IMG/VR virus record: IMGVR_UViG_3300002026_000022
Coordinates: 3,057-67,056 of that record
Direction: 5' to 3' (one strand)
DNA from: a virus
Taxonomy: Duplodnaviria; Caudoviricetes
DNA length: 64,000 bases
Positions 58,440-64,000 of this stretch are shown here, in pieces. Numbering within the stretch: the stretch's first letter is position 1; each line of letters starts with the position of its first letter. The translations under genes and the position numbers were made by a program. Below the pieces are notes generated by a model. That model did no database searches, was not told the DNA's origin, and saw only the letters and a program-made list of their open reading frames with translations.

Positions 58440-58723
58440 TGAGATGGTTTTGGAAATGGATACACAAAAAAATTGAGAAAGCACTTAATGATGATAGTAG
58501 TATGAAAATTCGTAGCATTGATTGTACTGTTGTATCACGAAATGACAATGAACGATCAATGACTTTTACTATTTCTGCAGCAGAAGGTGGTGTGATTTAT
58601 CGACAATCTCAATATGATAGACAAAAAGATCGTTCTATTGAAAGGGTTGTGATTATTCGTGATTCTGAAGATCTTGGAGAACGAGTTGGGCAATTGGTGC
58701 AAATGGGAATGATGCAAGTATGA
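58436..58723 (+). CDS. Hypothetical protein
   Basis: Coupled overlaps; FTISAAEGG...YDRQKDR. Confidence 0.55.
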   Translation: MMRWFWKWIHKKIEKALNDDSSMKIRSIDCTVVSRNDNERSMTFTISAAEGGVIYRQSQYDRQKDRSIERVVIIRDSEDLGERVGQLVQMGMMQV

Positions 58724-59010
58724 TCAAAGTCGGTCGTGGTATGGTTCCTATAACAACTCCACCTTATGCAAGTGGCGTAATGTATCGTGACGGTCAAAAT
58801 GGAAAAACTGTTGTTATTGATCCAAACACAAACACAAGAAACGATTTTTATGATCCAGTGATTGAACTTGATACTGAAGTGATTGAAATTTTAATATGGG
58901 CGGGTCGAAAGATGGTGATGGAGAAAGAATTGAATAAACAGATTGAAAACAATCCAGCAGTACAGGAAGCATATAACAACCTACAATTATTGTTAACTTT
59001 ATCAAGGTAA
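58720..59010 (+). CDS. Hypothetical protein
   Basis: Ends NPAVQEAYNNLQLLLTL. Confidence 0.55.
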   Translation: MIKVGRGMVPITTPPYASGVMYRDGQNGKTVVIDPNTNTRNDFYDPVIELDTEVIEILIWAGRKMVMEKELNKQIENNPAVQEAYNNLQLLLTLSR

Positions 59011-59058
59011 TCAACAACTTACGATATGTATTGATTATTAAACAAATCCGTGTAGAAT
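59009..59058 (+). promoter_or_regulatory. Early promoter with conserved upstream element
   Basis: AATCAACAACTTACGATATGTATTG...TGTAGAAT, same spacing as 57196. Confidence 0.7.
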
Positions 59059-59081
59059 GAATTTATCGAATAGGAAATTAT

Positions 59082-59405
59082 ATGAAAACAGTTGCCAGAT
59101 TTGTTACCCGTTTGCAAGGAAAAGGTGATGGTTTGTTTATTGGTGCAATGATGCAAGAAGGAGCATTCAAACCAAACACTGTTTATGAAATTAAAGAAAT
59201 TATGGGTGAATATATTATTTCAGAAGTTGGAATGGCAGCAGGAGCAGGTTCTGATAATTGTGTAAGTAATTCTATGAGTGAAAACAAAACTATGTTTCAT
59301 TGGGTATGTGATATTGGAAATATTATTGCAGTTCATGGCAAGCATTTGTTTTTAACACTGAAAGAACTTCATTCTTTGAATAAGGAGAAATCGCAAAATG
59401 AGTAA
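59082..59405 (+). CDS. Hypothetical protein
   Basis: First gene after the early promoter; RBS TAGGA. Confidence 0.55.
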   Translation: MKTVARFVTRLQGKGDGLFIGAMMQEGAFKPNTVYEIKEIMGEYIISEVGMAAGAGSDNCVSNSMSENKTMFHWVCDIGNIIAVHGKHLFLTLKELHSLNKEKSQNE

Positions 59406-60501
59406 AACAGTTTCACAAAACCGCACGGTATCCATCAGTCAGGCAAAGTCTGCTATTAAGCGTTGTGTTAAAGTCAAGCGTCCCTTGTTTTTGTGGGGAC
59501 CGCCTGGGGTTGGAAAATCTGATGCGGTAAAACAGATTTGTAATGAGATGGGTGGTTTGCTTGTTGACATTCGTTTGTCACTTATGGAACCTACTGATCT
59601 TCGTGGGATGCCTTATTACAATAAGGAAACAAACAGGATGGAATGGGCAGCACCTATTGATCTTCCTGATGAAGCACTTGCATCACAATATCCTATTATA
59701 TTTTTGTTGTTCGATGAAATGAACAGTGCCGCACCTAGTGTGCAAGCGGCATGCTATCAAATTTCGTTGAACCGTCGTGTTGGCACATACAAACTTCCAG
59801 ACAATGTAGTGATTATTGCTGCAGGAAACCGTGATGGTGACAAGGGTGTGACTTATCGTATGCCTACTCCATTGGCAAACCGTTTCGTGCATTTGGAACT
59901 GAATGTAGATTTCAATGATTGGGAAGATTGGGCAACAGAAAATCGCATTCATAAGGATGTGGTTGGTTTCCTCAATTTCTCGAAAAATGATCTGTATGAT
60001 TTTGATCCTTCTAGTCCTAACAAGTCATTTGCAACACCTCGTTCTTGGGAATTCGTGAGTCAATTGTTGGATGATGATGAAGATGAAATCACCATGACTA
60101 ACATTATTGCTGGCACGATTGGTGAAGGTCTTGCATTGAAATTTGCAGCACATCGTAAGACTGCTGGCAAGTTGCCAAAACCTACTGATATTCTTCATGG
60201 TAAAGTTGATGAACTCAAGGTGAAAGAAGTGTCAGCACATTTCAGTCTTGCCGTGTCATGCGCGTATGAACTTAAAGACTTGTTCGATAAGTTGGGCGGG
60301 AAACCTGATGAAAAATGGCATTCATATGCAGATAACACTCTTGGGTTTATGATGAAGTGTTTTACCACTGAGGTTGTTGTAATGAGTATGCGTATGATGT
60401 TAAATAAACAAAAACTTCCATTTGATCCTAAGAAACTCAAGAACTTTAAAGAGTTTTATGAAAAGTATGGTAAACTCATCCTCAAAGCAGCAAGTGTCTA
60501 A
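59398..60501 (+). CDS. MoxR-like AAA+ ATPase
   Basis: Walker A GPPGVGKS, EPTDLRGMP, Walker B LLFDEMN, AAGNR, Arg finger LANRF. Confidence 0.9.
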   Translation: MSKTVSQNRTVSISQAKSAIKRCVKVKRPLFLWGPPGVGKSDAVKQICNEMGGLLVDIRLSLMEPTDLRGMPYYNKETNRMEWAAPIDLPDEALASQYPIIFLLFDEMNSAAPSVQAACYQISLNRRVGTYKLPDNVVIIAAGNRDGDKGVTYRMPTPLANRFVHLELNVDFNDWEDWATENRIHKDVVGFLNFSKNDLYDFDPSSPNKSFATPRSWEFVSQLLDDDEDEITMTNIIAGTIGEGLALKFAAHRKTAGKLPKPTDILHGKVDELKVKEVSAHFSLAVSCAYELKDLFDKLGGKPDEKWHSYADNTLGFMMKCFTTEVVVMSMRMMLNKQKLPFDPKKLKNFKEFYEKYGKLILKAASV

Positions 60502-60673
60502 GCAAACTCCCCTGCAATATGCTAATATGATGGCAATGAAGGAAGATATGGTGTGGGGGATGATTCGTAGGCAAGCAAAGAATGACCCCATACTGCAAAG
60601 TATGCTTGATGAAGTGATTATGTGGTGGACACTTAAATATGACAACGACAGTAGCAGCAAAGAAAAATGGTGA
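60494..60673 (+). CDS. Small hypothetical protein
   Basis: Open frame bridging the AAA and VWA genes; start uncertain. Confidence 0.35.
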   Translation: MSKQTPLQYANMMAMKEDMVWGMIRRQAKNDPILQSMLDEVIMWWTLKYDNDSSSKEKW

Positions 60674-61880
60674 TGTAGTTTCTGATCCTAAACGAGATTC
60701 AGAGGCAGTTGAACGTTTGGTTTTGTCTCGCATTTCATTGCTCATGAAACAACCATTTTTTGGCAACATAGCAACTCGTATGACAATTAAAAATGCCAAT
60801 GAGTGGTGTGACACTTGCGCTACTGATGGTCGGCATTTCTATTACAACACCGAATTTGTTTTGAAGTTACAACAAAGGGAACTTGATTTCGTGTTTGGAC
60901 ATGAAGTTCTGCATGCGTGTTATGATCACGTCGGACGGTTTGAAGGACGTATTTTAGAGATTGCAAACATTGCTGCGGATTATGTTGTCAATGCAGATCT
61001 TGTTGATCAAAACATTGGAGTAAAACCTACTACAGTTCCTGTTCTCTATGACCACAAATATTTTGGTTGGTCATTTGAACAAGTGTATGATGATTTGATG
61101 AAGAATGTCAAAACCATTACCATGTCCGAATTATCAAAAATGTTATTGGATGATCACTTAAACGGTGACGGTGACGGTGACGGTGAGGATGGAGAAGGCG
61201 ACGGTTCTGGCAGACCAAAATTTAGTCCTAGCGAACTTCAACAAATCAAGGATGAAATTAAAGAAGCAATGTTGAGTGCAGCACAAGCAGTTGGTGCTGG
61301 CAATACACCTGCTGGTGTTCAACGTATGCTCAAAGATTTAACAGAACCAAAAATGAATTGGAAGGAATTGCTTCAACAACAAATTGAGAGTTGTGTCAAG
61401 ACAGATTTTACATGGATGAAACCTAGTCGTCGTGGGTGGCACTGTGATGCCATTATGCCTGGAATGCGTAATGGTGATGCGCTCAACATTGCTGTTGCTA
61501 TTGATACCTCTGGTTCTATTTCATCAGAAATGCTCAACGATTTTTTAAGTGAAGTGCATGGCATCATGCAACAGTTTACAGAATATAAAATCGACATCTG
61601 GTGTTTTGATGTTGCTGTGCATAACCCACAACAATTCAGTCACGATAGCGGTGATGATCTTTTAACCTATAAGGTAACAGGTGGTGGTGGAACAGCATTT
61701 AGTGTTAATTGGCAATATATGAAAGATGTTGATCTAGTACCGAAAAAACTTGTGTTCTTCACTGACATGGATTCATTTGATGGTTATGGTGATCCTGATT
61801 ATTGTGATGTGATATGGATTGTGCATAATCCTTATTGGAAGGGTGAAGCTCCACATGGAATTGCGGTGACATATGGGTAA
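60639..61880 (+). CDS. HExxH metallopeptidase-like domain fused to a VWA domain
   Basis: TCATDG, GHEVLHACYDH, acidic Gly linker, MIDAS AIDTSGSIS, GGGGT, FTD. Confidence 0.88.
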   Translation: MTTTVAAKKNGDVVSDPKRDSEAVERLVLSRISLLMKQPFFGNIATRMTIKNANEWCDTCATDGRHFYYNTEFVLKLQQRELDFVFGHEVLHACYDHVGRFEGRILEIANIAADYVVNADLVDQNIGVKPTTVPVLYDHKYFGWSFEQVYDDLMKNVKTITMSELSKMLLDDHLNGDGDGDGEDGEGDGSGRPKFSPSELQQIKDEIKEAMLSAAQAVGAGNTPAGVQRMLKDLTEPKMNWKELLQQQIESCVKTDFTWMKPSRRGWHCDAIMPGMRNGDALNIAVAIDTSGSISSEMLNDFLSEVHGIMQQFTEYKIDIWCFDVAVHNPQQFSHDSGDDLLTYKVTGGGGTAFSVNWQYMKDVDLVPKKLVFFTDMDSFDGYGDPDYCDVIWIVHNPYWKGEAPHGIAVTYG

Positions 61881-62103
61881 ATATGACGATTTAATTGCTG
61901 TACTTGGTGGTGACGCAATAGTGCATGATGAAAAAGTTTATGTGCCGATGGATGCAATTTTGATTTCATTCATTGACAATAAAACTGTGGTCAGTGGCAG
62001 TTTAGGAAAGACCAAAGTGTTCTCACTTGAAACATTTTTTACTGGTCGTGGTGATACAATCACAATAAATCTTGATGGGTTCATCAAAGCAAATGTCACA
62101 TAA
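61873..62103 (+). CDS. Hypothetical protein
   Basis: 76-aa ORF in a packed operon. Confidence 0.45.
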   Translation: MGKYDDLIAVLGGDAIVHDEKVYVPMDAILISFIDNKTVVSGSLGKTKVFSLETFFTGRGDTITINLDGFIKANVT

Positions 62104-62302
62104 AATCATCAAATGGACTGACGACCTATGGGACTATTGGAATGCAGTATCGTGGTGTAGGGATAACTGCCCATCATATCAAGGGTTTGATTTTATTGAT
62201 ATGTCCGATATTAGTTCGTGGAATGGGGCAGCAGATACAGGGTATGAATTTTCATTTCTCGATGAACAAGATGCACTAATGTTTGCCCTTAGATATCAAT
62301 AG
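62093..62302 (+). CDS. Hypothetical protein
   Basis: WCRDNC...F.F.DEQDALMFALRY pattern typical of small phage proteins. Confidence 0.55.
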   Translation: MSHKIIKWTDDLWDYWNAVSWCRDNCPSYQGFDFIDMSDISSWNGAADTGYEFSFLDEQDALMFALRYQ

Positions 62303-62311
62303 GTTGCGATT

Positions 62312-62343
62312 TGTATTGCATTTCATCCTGATTCATGTAAAAT
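62312..62343 (+). promoter_or_regulatory. Early promoter
   Basis: TGTATTGCAT...TGTAAAAT, with the same TTG-N17-TGTA spacing as 57196 and 59009. Confidence 0.65.
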
Positions 62344-62368
62344 GCACTCATCAAATAAGGAACCGGAC

Positions 62369-62554
62369 ATGACTTACAAATATACTGTTGCTCTAATCAA
62401 CTCTTTCGGGTGTGATCTTGGTGTCGAATCGTTTGACACGATTGCTGAAGTTCGTAAGTATGTGAGTGACTATCTGTCCATCATGGTTGATGGTGATCAG
62501 ATGGTGTTTGGTGTTAATGAAGAACTTGACTTTGGACGTGAAGAAAATGAATAA
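62369..62554 (+). CDS. Hypothetical protein
   Basis: RBS AAGGA; ATG 62369. Confidence 0.5.
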   Translation: MTYKYTVALINSFGCDLGVESFDTIAEVRKYVSDYLSIMVDGDQMVFGVNEELDFGREENE

Positions 62555-62876
62555 ACTTTATACAGAATTGCTCGAAGGGTTTGGTGAATGCCCCATTTGT
62601 AATGGTACAGGTAGGAAACCCTGTCCTGACGAAGAAACTCGTCACTATGGGATTAAAAATGGTTGGTCTGGTTATGACAAAGAGACTGATACCGTACATT
62701 GCACTAATTGCGGTGCTCAATATATGTATTCAAAACCTCGTGGTGTCGTGAGACTTCGTAAAGATAATGCTCAACCTTGTGTTCATGAATATGAAGGTTG
62801 GAATGCTGGCCGTTGCTATACGAAATATTTGTGTAAGCATTGCGGTGATCAATATGGAATTGATAGTGGAGATTAA
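62547..62876 (+). CDS. Cys-rich Zn-binding hypothetical protein
   Basis: CPICNGTG, HCTNCG, C..H...C...CKHCG. Confidence 0.6.
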   Translation: MNKLYTELLEGFGECPICNGTGRKPCPDEETRHYGIKNGWSGYDKETDTVHCTNCGAQYMYSKPRGVVRLRKDNAQPCVHEYEGWNAGRCYTKYLCKHCGDQYGIDSGD

Positions 62877-63041
62877 ATGATTACCATACTTTATCTACTC
62901 GTAGGTTCTGGTTTCATATATGCTGGTCAATACAATACACCAGAGGCATGTCATGCTGCTGTTGCAGTGTTACAGAAACATACCATGACTGGCATTCGTA
63001 ATCATCAATGCATACAACAAATGACAGGTGAAGCGAAATGA
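62877..63041 (+). CDS. Small hypothetical protein with hydrophobic N-terminus (not in the ORF track)
   Basis: MITILYLLVGSGFIYAGQY...; 54 aa; coupled to the next gene. Confidence 0.45.
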   Translation: MITILYLLVGSGFIYAGQYNTPEACHAAVAVLQKHTMTGIRNHQCIQQMTGEAK

Positions 63042-63226
63042 ACGAACGAATTAAAGAATTCGCAGAAGAAGCAAATATACTTCGTAAAGGATGTTCACCA
63101 GTTGGACTACAAGGAGAACAATTGGAAAAGTTCGCTGAATTGATCATTCAAGAATGTATTAAAATCGTTGAACCTGACGCACCAATATCCGCAATGTATA
63201 TTGAAAATCATTTTGGAGTTGAATGA
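63038..63226 (+). CDS. MNERI-family hypothetical protein, paralogue 1
   Basis: MNERIKE...EKFAELIIQEC...HFGVE. Confidence 0.65.
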   Translation: MNERIKEFAEEANILRKGCSPVGLQGEQLEKFAELIIQECIKIVEPDAPISAMYIENHFGVE

Positions 63227-63438
63227 TGAACGAACGAATTAGAGAACTTGTTGAAAAGAGTGGTTTATTTTATCTCAGTAGTGTGCCTCCAAGTTTGATT
63301 GAAAAGTTTGCTGAATTGATTGTCAAGGAATGCACTAACATGCTTCCCGAAGATAGTGTGCGTGATGAAAATGGAGTGCATATGTATTATGTTATTCGGG
63401 AGCATTTTGGCGTAACACCAATGAGAGGTGAAGAATGA
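63223..63438 (+). CDS. MNERI-family hypothetical protein, paralogue 2
   Basis: MNERIRE...EKFAELIVKEC...HFGV. Confidence 0.65.
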   Translation: MMNERIRELVEKSGLFYLSSVPPSLIEKFAELIVKECTNMLPEDSVRDENGVHMYYVIREHFGVTPMRGEE

Positions 63439-63632
63439 CACCAGAACAAAAGAAATGGATTGATGAATCGCCGTATGAAACATTACTTGCACATTGGAGA
63501 TTTTCTACTTTTGGTGATCCAATGTTTCAAGGTGATACGGGTGAGTATTACGGTAAGATAATGTTTGAGAAAAGATCTGCCCTGCCAGATAGGGGCGTGA
63601 GTGCAAGCAAGAACATTGGGTGGGATAAATGA
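63435..63632 (+). CDS. Conserved small phage hypothetical protein
   Basis: KWIDESPYETLLAHWRF...GDPMFQGDTGEYY...ASK.IGW. Confidence 0.6.
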   Translation: MTPEQKKWIDESPYETLLAHWRFSTFGDPMFQGDTGEYYGKIMFEKRSALPDRGVSASKNIGWDK

Positions 63633-63859
63633 TGAACGAACGAATGGAAGCCGTTGGTAGGAAAGTTGGGTTAGTGGTCATTGGCGATGGTGTTTTTGGA
63701 CAACGGTGGTATTCTAGTAAGTGTGGATTGGATGTTACTGAGTACGAGCAATTGGTCACAGAGATTGTCAAGGAGTGTGCTAGTATTTTTCCAGAAACCG
63801 ATGGTGATGTAAATGGCACTTACCGTGATCAAATTTATGATTATTTCGGAGTTGAATGA
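63629..63859 (+). CDS. MNERI-family hypothetical protein, paralogue 3
   Basis: MNERME...EIVKEC...YFGVE. Confidence 0.6.
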   Translation: MMNERMEAVGRKVGLVVIGDGVFGQRWYSSKCGLDVTEYEQLVTEIVKECASIFPETDGDVNGTYRDQIYDYFGVE

Positions 63860-64000
63860 TGAAATTTAGTGAGATTCTTGAAGAATATTTAGAAGAGTGG
63901 GATCGTCAGCACAGTGATTATTACGATAATAAGATGATAGGTTCATCTCGTAATGGTCGTGAACGTATGGAAGAATTAGCAAAAGAAATGGACACAATGT
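63856..64000 (+). CDS. Partial hypothetical protein running off the window
   Basis: MMKFSEILEEYLEEW...; open to base 64000; ATGA overlap upstream. Confidence 0.45.
   Translation, partial: MMKFSEILEEYLEEWDRQHSDYYDNKMIGSSRNGRERMEELAKEMDTM

Noticed and set aside
62547-62876. DnaJ chaperone
   Set aside because: Only one CxxCxGxG repeat and no HPD J-domain.
115-63819. Numerous minus-strand and nested alternative-frame ORFs in the track (e.g. 12352-12969, 16591-17082, 23766-24332)
   Set aside because: They shadow well-supported plus-strand genes, lack RBS or promoters, and reflect codon bias of Thr/Ala/Gly-rich genes.
1-64000. Inteins or group I introns in gp41, gp17, gp61, nrdJ or uvsX; stop-codon reassignment
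   Set aside because: All these genes are contiguous and of ordinary length in the standard code; TAA, TGA and TAG all terminate genes at expected positions.
1-64000. tRNA or other structured ncRNA genes
   Set aside because: Intergenic gaps are mostly short and AT-rich; no cloverleaf or T-loop GTTCRA context was found by eye. A covariance-model scan would be needed to be sure.

Overview
This is an AT-rich 64-kb segment of a large T4-superfamily myophage. Essentially every real gene is on the + strand; the one exception is a GIY-YIG gene at 54824-55267. Layout: (1) 1-3941, replication/recombination genes (gp43 C-terminus, uvsX, gp40-like, gp41). (2) About 3945-49857, a ~46-kb block driven by T4-type late promoters (NATAAATA). 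It holds a T5 A1-like phosphoesterase, an array of probable internal head proteins with an HsbA/SpoIIAA-like STAS gene embedded in it, and gp14-15-16-17. It also holds a 2496-aa Asp-box adhesin, glycosyltransferase/methyltransferase genes interleaved with fibre genes, a 3032-aa 22-residue-repeat fibre, gp13 and spanins. (3) 49990-54846, gp61 primase, ThyX, dUTPase and class II RNR. (4) 55300-64000, sigma70-type early operons with small hypotheticals, a metallophosphoesterase, a MoxR AAA+/VWA pair and a paralogue family. The best candidates for undescribed biology are a late-expressed fibre/virion glycosylation-methylation system, a phage anti-anti-sigma STAS protein, and the capsid-targeted polyprotein array. 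No tRNA, CRISPR array, integrase, reverse transcriptase, intein or intron was seen. All family assignments come from motif recognition by eye, not from database searches.
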